Shown here: positions 24,198 through 36,050 of the stretch, piece by piece
Layout: every line of letters begins with the position of its first letter
How positions within the stretch are numbered: the first letter of the stretch is position 1
Origin: the human T2T-CHM13v2.0 reference genome, Homo sapiens
Direction of reading: 5' to 3'
NCBI GenBank assembly: GCA_009914755.4
Contig: CP068257.2
Coordinates: 15,264,001 to 15,328,000 of the forward strand
Length of the DNA stretch: 64,000 nucleotides
Program-made: the position numbers and the translations under genes
The notes under the pieces: generated by a model
Database searches by the model: none
What the model saw: the letters and a program-made list of their open reading frames with translations, nothing else
What the model was told of the DNA's origin: nothing

Positions 24198-27100
24198 TTA
24201 AGATGATAGTCAGGCCACAGCTCTGCTCACTCCCCAGCACCACTGAATCTGAATCTTCAGTTTAATAGGAGTCACAGATAATTCATATGCACGTCAAAAT
24301 TTGAGAAGCACTGACCAAGACTATATCAGATAGGTGAGCAAATACAACACAGCCTTGAGGCAAAACAAGATAAGTACCTTTTTGTCCCTACTATATAAAT
24401 ATTCTCATTCCATAGATAAAAGTCCCATTCCTTCCCCAGCAATGTCCTTATCTTAGTGTGAAATACTTAGCAAGGTTAAGTATTTCATTGATGTTTACAG
24501 TAAACCCTTGTTTGTCTTTAGTATTATATCCTCTGTGAATCTGTGAGATGAAGGATTCCTTCAAAACTGCCAATGGGCCTTCTCCACAGAAATTTGTAGT
24601 TGTTCATAGCTCATACTTTTGCTTTTCCTATGTGCACATCTCTAGGACTATAAACCAAATCCAGGGACCCTCCCCCCAACCAAAACATTGTATAATTACT
24701 ATTGTTTTCATAGCTACCAAGTGCCACAGCCACTTGCTCTCCCTCCGTGTGCCATCTAGTAATTTGATTTGGCTAATTATAATGCCACACTATGCCATGG
24801 ATTACCCATGCACCATCCCCTTTAGCAATGCGTTATTATCCCTGTGTTCTTTGCATGTATGAGTGATTTCTCTCTAGAATTCCATTTTGAGGATCAGTTT
24901 CCTAGGGCCATTTACCAATTACTATATTAGTCAAGACCAAGCATAGCAAACTTAAACCTCAGTACAGTCGCAGGAAGAAACACACAAACAAGACTCAGAT
25001 TATTTTGAGGATTGAATAAAGGGAAAGCACAATGGGATACCACCTTACTCCAGGCCTAATTACAACAGGCCGGTTACCACCTCTGGATAAAACTTGGGGG
25101 AAGGAAGTAGAATTGTTATCAGACTCCGGAAGTGGAGAGGGTTATAAACAAGACCACCTTGAAAAGATGGGTAATTTTTAGTTAAAGGTCATAGTGAGCC
25201 AGAGGCACTAGAGAGGGAGCTGGAGAAAAAATATCCTGAATCTTCAATCCTCTCTCCCTCTTATCCACTTCAGAAACTTCCCATTGGCTCAACACAAGAA
25301 GCTAGTAGATAAGAAAACCCATTGAAGTAAGTCACTTGGAGCAGAGAATAGAATGCAAAAAAAAAAAAAAAAAAAAATGGAGACTAGAGCTAGAGGGACA
25401 AATGTAACCACCCAGTGCATCGCAATTCAATATTCACATTATAATAAGAAATATGAATGCCAAAGGTAGAAGAGCCTTAAATATTCTGCAGACTATTTTC
25501 TACCAGAAGGCAAATTATCACAGGAAAGGGAATTATAATCAGAAATTTGCTTGGTGAAAAGAGCAAAAGCACAAGAACGTTAATTAGATTAATTTAATGG
25601 TTATTAATAAGTTATAATAACCTAATGTACTCATCTTTACTATAGTGACATTCTTCACTCATTTTTTCACGATCAATTTGAATTTCTATATACCAAGCCA
25701 TATACTTGGCATTGGAAACACAAAGAAGATTAAAACATTGTCTATGTCTCCAAGAAGCTCACAGCTCTAGTGGGAAAGCAGACACAGAGAATATAATTCA
25801 CTATAACACATATTACGTCAGAGATAAGCACAAAGTTCATAAAATCTCAAAATGAGGGTACTTAGGCAGACTAATGGATCAAGGACATTTCTCAGCAGGG
25901 ATTATTTGTGCAGTGTTAAGGATTAGTAGGTGTTAACTAAGAAAGAAGCATGAGAAACATATTCAGGAGAAACATTATCTACAGAAATAGTAGGGAATGC
26001 ATAGAAAATTGCATGTATCAGCCCAGTATGTCTGGGATGTATCTAAAATACACAGTAGGATCAAAATAACTATAGCCATGTACTCAGGGACAAAATTATG
26101 CCAAGGTTTTTACATATTAACAAATTTATACTTTACCCAGGAGTGAATAAGAAGCTATAGAAAAATGTAAAACTTTGGAATAGACTGAATCCTGAAAAAA
26201 CAGTCATCTACTAATTAGCTACTCTCCTTCCTAGATCGTGTTAAAGACATCCTAGCAAATCCTGGTGCTTCAGGCTCCACTTTTTTAGGCATTAAGCTAA
26301 TGACTACCCTTCTACCTATAGGTTTGTGCTTCTGACAGTGGTCAACTAACTTAGGTCCAATTTTCTATGTTAAAATCAGATTCCAAATTTTCCTAAGTCG
26401 CATTAACTAAAAATGGATATCCAAGAACTCTTCAGTCACATATTTATGTATGATTTCCATACATAAATATTTATGTATGTCAGTTATTTATATAGTAGCT
26501 CATCCCAAGAAGATTTTTCATGAATTTTATTCTTAGGTAATGGTAATATCTTTTGGGTTTAGAATTTAATTGCCGTTATTCTTAGACCTTCGTGAATTGT
26601 TTTAATTGAAATATAATAGACATACATATCTTGAAGGCACATGTAATAATTTATACATTCATATATGTGTAAAGATCAAATCAACATAATTGGGATATCC
26701 ATTATGTTAAATATTTATCTTTTCTTTATGTTAGAAAGATTCAAATTATTCACTGCTAGCTATTTTGAAATGTGCTATTTTGATTATTGTTAACTATAGT
26801 CACCCTATTGATTAATCTACAGAACAGTAGCTCTCATTTCTTTCATTTAACTGTATATTTGTACCCGTTAATCAACCTCTATTCACCACCCCCACTCCTT
26901 TACTCACCCTAGAGTCAGGTAATCACCAGTCTACTCTCTGTCTTTGTGAGATTCACTTTTTTAGCTCCCATATGTGAGTCAGAATATGTGATATTTGTCT
27001 TTCTATGTGTGGCTTATTTCATTTAACATAATGACATTTAGTTCCATGCATGTTGCCGTAAATGTCAGGAATTTATTCATTTTATGGCTGAATAATATTT

Positions 27101-27233
27101 CTCTGTGAATGTATATCACACTTTATTCATGCATTCTCTGTTGGGTAGTAAAGTTAATTCCATGTCTTGGTGATTGTGAGTAGTGCTGCAATAAACATGG
27201 GAGTGCAGACATTTCTTTGATACATTGATCTTC

Positions 27234-27541
27234 CTTTTTTATTTTTATTTTTTTTTTCCATGACAGAGTCTCACTCTGTCGCCCAAACTGGAGTGCAGTG
27301 TTGTCATCTGGGGTTGCTGCAACCTCCACTTCCTGGGTTCAAGTGATTCTTGTGCCTCAGCCTCCAGAGTGGTGGGGATTACAGGCACGCACCACCATGC
27401 CCAGCTAATTTTTGTATTTTTAGTAGAGAAAGGGTTTTTGCCATGTTGCCCAGGGTGGTCTCGAACTCCTGGCCTCAAGTGATCTGCCCCCTCAGCCTCT
27501 CAAAGTGCTGGGATTACAGGCGTGAACCTCTGCGTCTGGCC
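27234..27541 (-). mobile_element. Alu SINE, full length, inserted in the old L1
   Basis: 'ttttattttttttttccatgacagagtctcactctgtcgcccaaactggagtgcagtg...' through '...aaagtgctgggattacaggcgtgaacctctgcgtctggcc'. Confidence 0.9.
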
Positions 27542-27887
27542 AGATTTTCTTTCTTTTGGATGTACACTCAGCAGTGGGATTGCTGGATCGTATGATAAAC
27601 GTATTTTTAGTTTTTTGAGGAATTTGTGTAAAGTTTTTTATACTAGTGGCACTAATTTACATTCCCATCAACAGTGTCCAAGAGATTTTCTTTCTCAACA
27701 TCCTCATCACCATCTATTATTTTCTCTTTTTGATAAAAGCCATTTTAACTGAGGTAAGATGATATCTCATTGTGGTTTTGATTTGCATTTCTCTAATGAT
27801 TAGTGATATTGAGGATTTTTTCATATACCAGTTGGCCATTTGTATGTCTTTTTTGGAGAAATGTCCTTTCAAATCCTTTGGCCATTT

Positions 27888-28570
27888 CTATTTCTATTTT
27901 TATTTATTTATTATACTTCAAGTTCTGGGATACATCTGCAGAACGTGCAGGTTTGTTACATAGGTATACATGTGCCATGGTGGTTTGCTGCACCCATCAA
28001 CCCATCATCTACATTAGGTATTTCACTTAATGCTATCCCTCCCCTTGCCCCCACCCCTCGACAGGCCCTCTGTGTGACTTTCCCCTCCCTGTTTCCATGT
28101 GTTCTCATTGTTCAACTCCCACTTATGAGTGAGAACATGCGGTGTTTGGTTTTCTACTCCTGTGTTAGTTTGCTGAGAATGGTTTCCAGCTTCATCCATG
28201 TCCCTGCAAAGGACATGAACTCATCCTTTTTTATGGCTGCATAGTATTCCATGGTGTATATATAGCACATTTTCTTTATCCAGTCTATCATTGATGGGCA
28301 TTTGGGTTGGTTCAAAGTCTTTGCTGTTGTGAATAGTGCTGCAATAAACATGCCTGTGCATGTGTCTTTATAGTAGAATGATTTATAATCCTTTGGATAT
28401 ATACCCAGTAATGAGATTGCTGGGTCAAATGGTATTTCTAGTTCTAGATCCTTGAGGAATCTAATTCCACTGTCTTCCACAATGGTTAAACTAATTTACA
28501 CTCCCAATAACAGTGTAAAAGTGTTCCTATTTCTCCACATCCTCTCCAGTATCTGTTGTTTCCTGGCTTT
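27888..28570 (-). mobile_element. L1PA-type 3' end fragment (ORF2 C-terminus plus 3' UTR plus poly(A) read as poly-T), part of a composite insertion
   Basis: After the T-rich 'ctatttctatttttatttatttatta' comes the antisense L1 3' UTR ('tacttcaagttctgggatacatctgcagaacgtgcaggtttgttacataggtatacatgtgccatggtggtttgctgcacccatcaacc...'). The minus-strand ORF 28154-28480 encodes the L1 ORF2p C-terminus '...LELEIPFDPAISLLGIYPKDYKSFYYKDTCTGMFIAALFTTAKTLNQPKCPSMIDWIKKMCYIYTMEYYAAIKKDEFMSFAGTWMKLETILSKLTQE'. Confidence 0.85.
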
Positions 28571-28865
28571 ATTTTTTTTTGAAATTTTTTGAGATGCCAA
28601 CTCACTCTGTCACCAAGGCTGAGTTCAATGGCACGATTTCAACTCACTACAATATCTGCTCCAGACTCAAGTGATCCTCATGCCTCAGCCTCTCAAATAG
28701 CTGGGACTACAGGTGTAATACCACGACCAGCTAATTTTTGTTATTTTTAGTAGAGAGGGTGGTTTTGCCGTGTTTGGCTAGTCTGGAACTCCTGGGCTCA
28801 AATGATCCACCCACCTTGGCCTCCCAAAGTGCTGGGATTACAGACATGAGCCACTGTGCCCAGCC
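28571..28865 (-). mobile_element. Alu SINE (older AluJ/S-like), abutting the 5'-truncation point of the L1PA fragment
   Basis: 'attttttttt gaaattttttgagatgccaactcactctgtcaccaaggctgagttcaatggcacgatttcaactcactacaa...' through '...cccaaagtgctgggattacagacatgagccactgtgcccagcc'. There is no Alu-specific TSD at its poly-T side. Confidence 0.85.
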
Positions 28866-28869
28866 CCTT

Positions 28870-30275
28870 TGCCCATTTTTAACTGGATTGTTTGGTTTTT
28901 GTTTGTTTGTTTTGCTATTGAGTTTGAGGTCCTCATATATTCTGGTTAATTTCTTGTCACATGGATAGTTTGCAGATATTTTCTCCCATCCTGTTTGTTG
29001 TCTCTTCACTCTGTTGCTTGTTTCTTTTGCTAGGCAGAAGCTTTTTAGCTTGATATAATCCCATTTGTCTATTTTCTTGGTTGCCTGTGCTTTTGAGGTC
29101 TTATACACACAAAAAATTTGCCCATACCTATGTCCTGGAGCATTTCTCCTATGTTTTCTTCTAGTAGTTTCGTAGCTTCAGGTTTTAGATTTAAGTCTTT
29201 AATTTATTTTGAGTTGATTTTCATATATGGTGAGAGGTAGGGGTCTAGTTTCATTCTTCTGCATATGGATATACAGTTTTCTTCATAACCATTTATTGAT
29301 GAGACTGTCCTTTCCCCATTTTATATTCTTGGTGACTTTGTTGTGGATGACTTGACTATAAATGCCTGGATTTACATCTAGGATCTCTATTATTTTCCAT
29401 TAGTCTATGTGTTTGTTTTTAATGCAAATATCAGGCTGATATCATCACTACAGCTTTGTAGTATGTTTTGAAGTCAAGTATTGTGATGCTTCCAGCTTTG
29501 TTCTCTTTGCTCAGAATTACTTTGGCTATCATGGGTCTTTGTGGTTCCATATAAATATTATTTTTTTCTAGTTCTAAGAAGAATGCTGTTGGTATTTTGA
29601 CAGAGATTGCACCAGGTAGTATTATAATTTTAACAATATTAGTTCTTCCAATTCATGAGCATGGAATATCTTTCCATTTTTCATGTGTCTTCTTCAATTT
29701 TTGTATTAGTGTTTTATTATTTTTCTTGTATATATTTTTTACTTCTTTAGTTAAATTGATTCTTAGGTATTTTACATACTTTTTAGCTATATTAAGTGAG
29801 ATTGCTTTCTTGATTTCCTTATCAGATTGTTTGCTATTGCTGTATATAAATGCTACTGATTTTTATATGTTGATTTTGAGTGCTGCAACTTTATAAATTA
29901 ACTTATTAGTTCTAACTTTTTTTTGACAGAGTATTTAAGTTTTTCTAAGTATAAGATCATGTTGCCTGTGAACAAGGCTAATTTGATTTCTTCCTTTCCA
30001 ATCTGGATGCCCTGTACGTCTTTTAGTTGTCTGATTGCTCTGGCCAGGACTTCCAGTCTTATATTGGATAATACGTTGAAAAGTGGTGAAAGGGCACAAC
30101 CTGGTCTTGTTCCTGCTTTTACAGAAAAGGCTTTCAATTTTTCCTTACTCAGTATGATGTTAGTAGTGGGTTTGTCATGCATGGCCTTTATTATTTTGAG
30201 ATATATTCGTTCTACACCCAGTTTGTTGAGGGTATTTATTATGAATTTGAGTTTTACTGAACACTTTTTAAACAT
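28870..30275 (-). pseudogene. L1 ORF2 remnant (RT and C-terminal region) of the old minus-strand L1
   Basis: The minus-strand ORF 28731-29108 gives '...[52 protein letters not shown]...'. The ORF 29898-30275 gives '...AGTRPGCALSPLFNVLSNIRLEVLARAIRQLKDVQGIQIGKEEIKLALFTGNMILYLE', a degenerate RT 'FADD' region. Confidence 0.8.
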
Positions 30276-33200
30276 CTATTGAAATATCATGTGGTTTTGG
30301 GGTTTTGTTCTGTTAATGTGGTGTTTCATACTTATTGATTTTTGTTTGTTGAATTATCCTCGCATCCCTGGGATGAATCACACATGATAATGGTGAATGA
30401 TCTTTTTAATGTGATGTTGAATTTAATTTGCCAGTATTTTGTTGAGGATTTTTGCATCTTGTTTCTAAGTGATATTGGCCTGTAGTTTTCTCTATTGTTG
30501 TGTCCTTGTCTGATTTTGTTATCACAGTAATCCTGTCCTTGTAGAATGAATTTGGAAGTATTCCATTCTCTTCAATATTTTTGAAGACTTTGAGGATAAA
30601 TGGCATTAATTATTTTTTAAATATTTGGTAGAATTTGGCAGTGAATCTATCAGGTCCAGGGATTCTCTTTGATAGAATAATTTTTATTACAGCTTTGATA
30701 TTGTTACTCATTATTGGATTGTTGCAATTTCATGCTTCTTTGTGGTTCAATCTTGGGTGCTTGTATGTGTCCAGGAATTTATCCATTTTCTCTAGGTTTT
30801 CCCATTTTTTGGCATATAATTATTTGTAATAATTTTTAATGATTCTTTGTATTTCTGTTGTCTCAGTTGGTATGTGTCGTTTTTTATTTCTGATTTATTT
30901 CAGTCTTCTCATTTTTTATTAGTCTACCTCAGGGTTTGTTAATTTTGTTAATCTTTTCAAAAAATCCAACTTCTTTTTATTTTGATCTTGTGTATTATTT
31001 TAGTCTCAATCTCATTTATTTCTTCTCTAATCCTTATTATTTCATTTCTCCTACTAATTAGGTGTTTGGTTTGTTCTTGCTTGTCTACTTCCTTAGCGTG
31101 CATCATTTGGTTGTTCATTCTAAGTATTTTTACTTTTTTCTATATAGGCATTTATTGCTATAAACTCTCCTCTCTGAACTGCTTTTGCTGTATCCCATAG
31201 ATTTTGGTACGTTATATTTCCATTTTCATTTGTTTCAAAATTTTTTAGAACTTCCTTCTTAGTATTTTTTTTTGACCAATAGTCATCTAGGAGCGTGTTT
31301 TTAAATTTCCACGTTTGTGTAATTTCCAAGGTTCTGCTTCTCCACTGATCTCTGGTTTTATCACTGTGGTCAGAAAAGACACTAATATGATTTCTACTTG
31401 TTGAGACTCATTTTGTGGTCTAAGAGATTATTTATTCTTGAGAATGTTTCATGTGCTGATGAAAAGAATGTGTATTCTGTAGCTGTTGGGTGAAATATTC
31501 TGTAAATGTCGGTTAGACTTCTTTGGTCATATGTGAAGTTTTTAACTCATATTTCTTTGTTGATTTTCTGTCTGAGTGATATGTCTGTAACTGAGAATGG
31601 GGTGTTGAAGTCTCTTACTGTTATTGTATAGCACTCTATCTCTCCCTTTAGATCTATTAATGCTTGCTTTATATACTTGGGTGCTCTGGTGTTAGGTGCA
31701 TATATATTTACAATTGTTATATTCTCTCACTGAATTGACCCCTTTATCATTATTGAGTAGGATTCTTTATATCTTTGTATCTTTTTACAGTCTTTGACTT
31801 GTAGTTTATTTTATTTGATCTACAAATAGTTATTCCTGCTCTTTTTTGGTTTCCGGTTGCATGGAAACCAATCTTTCTCCACCTCTTCACTCTCAGTCTG
31901 TGCGTGTCTTTATAGGTAAAGTGGGCTTCTTATAGGCAGCATATAGTTGGGTCTTGTTTTTTTTTTTTTTTTGCTTTTGTTTTTGTTTTTTACCCATTCT
32001 GCCACTCAATGCCATTTAACTGGAGAATTTAGTCCATTTGAATTCAGTATTATTATTGATAAGTAAGAACTTACTATTGACATTTTGTTGCTTATTTTCC
32101 TGTTGTTTTGTTACTCTTCTGTTTCTTTTTTCCTTTCCTACTACCTTCTTATGTGATAAGTAATATTCTCTGGTAGTAAGATTTTATTTGTTGCCTTTTT
32201 ATTTCTAGTGTGTCTTTTATAGTTTTGTATGTGTGTGTGTGTGTGGTTTCCATAAGGCCTACAAAGAATATCTTAAAGATTAACAAATTAGTTTAAATCT
32301 ATGACAAATTATCTTAGACCACAAATAATAGAAACAAAGAACAAGTGAAAAAAAACTGTATGCATTAACTTCATCTCTGTCCCTCAACATTTTGACTTCA
32401 TGTTGTCTCAATTTACATGTTTCTATATCAGATATCTCTTAATAGGTTGTTATAGCTATAATTGTTTTTTCATAGATATGTCTTTTGGGCTTCATACTAG
32501 TTATGAGTGGGTTGTACACCATAATTATAATTAGTAGAGTATTCTGGGTTTGTCAATGTACTTAAGTTTACCAGGGGTTTTATACCTTCAAATTTTTTTT
32601 TTTTTTTGCACATTACTGTTTTGTTTTGTTTTTTCTTCAGATTGAAGAACTCCCTCTAGCATTTCTCATAAGACATGTTGGTAGTGGTAAAGTCTCTCGG
32701 CTTTTGTTTATCTGAGTAAAACTTTATTTCTCCATATTTGATATAAAAATTTGCTGCATATAATATTCTTGCATGGCAGGTTTTTTTCTTTAAGCACTAT
32801 GATAATGTCATCCCACTTCCTACTGGCTCATATGGTTTCTGTTGAGAAGTCTGTTGCCAGATAAATTGGAACTCCTTCATATGTTATTTGCTTATTTTTT
32901 TCTTGCTGCTTTTAGGATAATTTCTTTGCCTTGACATTTGAGAGTTCAATTATTATATACCTTGGGGTAGTCTTTTTTGTCCATGTCTGTTTGGTGTTCT
33001 CTGAGCTTCCTGTACTTGGATATTTAGGTCTTTCTCAAGTATTGGAAACTTTTCTATTATTTCTTTGAATATGCTTTCTATCCATTATTCTGGCTTAATT
33101 TCCTTTTGAACACCAATAATTCTTAGAGTTGGTATCTTAAGGTAATGTTCTATGTCTTTAGGTGATCTTCATTTCTTTTCATTCATATTTCTTTTTTCTT

Positions 33201-34785
33201 CTTCATGTATTTTCAATTAGCCTGTTTTTCAGCTCACTGATTCTTTCCTCTGCTTGTTCCATTGTGCTGTTGAGGGCCTCTAGTGAGATTTTCAGTTTAG
33301 CAAATGTATTTCTCACTTCTAAGATGTATGTTTGATTTTTAAAAATTACAATCTATATTAAATTTCTCTGATAAATTTCTAAGTTGCTTTTCTGTGCTAT
33401 CTTGGAGATCACTGTGTTTCCTTAAATCTGCTTTTTTGAATGCTTGTTCAGAGAGTTCACGCATCACAGCCACTAGGGTCAGTCACTGGTTTCTTGCTTT
33501 GTCCATTGGGAAGATCATGATTCCCTCTTTGCTGATGTGTGTGTGTGTGTGTGTGTACATCACCGTTTTTGCACTAAAGGATTAGTTGTTGAATCCAGTC
33601 TTCTCTGTCGGCTTATTTTGGTTTTTATTGGACATGTTTCCTTAGATGTTTTTATAATTAGCTGCTGGTTTGCTTTCTCATCTTTTTTTTTCCTGCTGGG
33701 TTGCTGCCTCCTTTTTAGCACTAGGTGGCACCTTAAGCCCAGGTTGGCCTCAACTCTAGTAAACAGTCGGAGGGCTGCTCATCTTAAGTGGGAGGGGTTC
33801 CAAAGGGAATGTCCCAATAGTGTGGGAATGCTGGTTAGGAGTTTGTGCCCTAGGAACCTGCAGAACATACCTCCTATAGTATAGTGCCGCTGAACAGCCA
33901 TTCTGATTTGGTGTCAACTTTGGCCAAGTTACCTATCAGAGTTTCCAGGGTTGAGGATGATAGTCTTATCACCCCACCTTGTCTCTGGCTGTCTTCGGAG
34001 ATATTTCTCCCTTTAGGCACTTGCAATGCTTCCTGTAGATTGATACTGGAATAGACTTCCTTTCAGGGATCCCAAGGTGATGGGGAAGCTGGCTGTTAGC
34101 CTTGATTTCACCTTTTTCTGTGTATAAATTGTGAACAAGGGGAAATTTCTATGCACTTGGTTACAGTCAGATTGAAGGGAGAGGCATCAAGGATATAGAA
34201 TTCCAATTCTCTTTCCATCTGCTCAGAGTTTTTTCACTTCTCTTTGGCTCTGGGAACTGTGTCTTCCTCATATTTTAGTTCCAAGACATTGGCAGTGATA
34301 ATCTCAGTGCTGCATATTTGTTTTTGGTTTTCTATGGTGGGTAGGTTAAGTCAGCTTTCTTCTACACTGCTATTTTGGAACCAGAAATCCTATACATTGG
34401 TAAAAATAAAGTAGGAAAGAATAGAAAGCACTAGACCAACTCTTCATGAAATTTATGTGTGAATTAAAGGAAATATGTTTATACTTATTAGAATGTACCC
34501 AAAAATTGTTGCGATCATAAATATACACATTATAGATTGATGTTAGATAGATGGATAGATATACAACATATAGAAGAATTAAGTCTGATTGCTTCCAAAT
34601 GGAAGGAAACCTCTAGGAGAGTAAGATTGAAGAGCAGAAGCAAGAAAGTGAATTTATGAAAGAACAAGTTCCCCAAATAAGCAAAAAATAAAAACAAACC
34701 AAATTATGTATATAATTGGGAGAAAAACCAGGAAAGGAAAAAATAGAATATCTTCCTTGAAGAAATATTTTTAAGAAAAGGAAAA

Positions 34786-35163
<378 letters not shown>

Positions 35164-35884
35164 CTAAAAAAAAAAAAAAAAAAAAAAAAAGGAAATAAAG
35201 GGTCATCCATGGTAACCAAAAGCAGAAGAATAGAAGTTAAGTATTTACCAAGTCTGGAAATGTGTTTTATAGCGAATATAAAAGTGTAAATTCACAATGA
35301 CTAGAAGCCTTATTGAGCAAGAATGAAGAGGTTGACTAAAATTAAACAGAAGGACATGCTAGTGAACATATTCCACCCATGGTTAATTGTTACTATCAAG
35401 CCTTAGCAGAAAGCAAAATTGGAAAAAAAGAAAAAAATAAATTCACCTACTATGTAAAGTAGATGAATTTATGTTAGGAAGAAAAATCTTAAGGACATTA
35501 AGAAAACAAATATTATTATCATCTTACAATTACATAAATTTAAAACCTAGCTTTTACAAAGTTTGAGGTTTTTATTTTACCTTTGGAAAATAAAGTTCAG
35601 AAATTGTAGAGTGATATTGAAAAAAATTTAACTGTTTAGAAATGCAAGTACTATCAACATCACTGTCTACTGTGTTCAAAGATAAGTATTAACACTGATA
35701 TTATCCAAAACAGGAATAAAAATAAAAACTATGCTGAATGAGGCCATAAGATTTTCTCCTTTTTCAACAACAAAAGTGATTAACTGCACACGGTTACTGC
35801 TTTTACGTTGTAATGCTATATTCCTCAACAATGGTGTCTTCCAAAATGAGTCTCTTTTTGTTTCTGAATGACAATAACCAAGAG

Positions 35885-36050
35885 TTATGGGCTGAATTGT
35901 GTCACTCCACAGTTCATATATTGAAGCCCTCACTCCCAGTACCTCAGAATGTGTCTCTAACTGGAGATAGAGCCTTTAAACAGGTAATTATGTTAAAATG
36001 AGGCCATTAGGGTGAATCCTTATCTAATATGACTTGTGACTTTATAGAAA
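35885..36050 (+). mobile_element. MaLR (MLT1-like) LTR, 5' half, split by the L1 insertion
   Basis: '...catatattgaagccctcactcccagtacctcagaatgtgtctctaactggagatagagcctttaaacaggtaattatgttaaaatgaggccattagggtgaatccttatctaatatgacttgtgactttatagaaa' parallels the MLT1 5' region. The 3' half resumes at 44121. Confidence 0.55.

Larger units (their letters stand above)
26590..34380 (-). mobile_element. Old L1 LINE (L1PB/L1MA-like), near full length, minus orientation; carries later insertions
   Basis: The left end is antisense to an L1PB-type 3' UTR ('...gtcaccctattgattaatc...ctcaccctagagtcaggtaatcaccagtctactctctgtctttgtgagattcacttttttagctcccatatgtgagtcagaatatgtg...'). Moving right, the sequence is antisense to the ORF2 C-terminus, RT and endonuclease regions, then to ORF1 and 5' UTR-like sequence. 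The right boundary is uncertain by about 300 bp. Confidence 0.8.
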
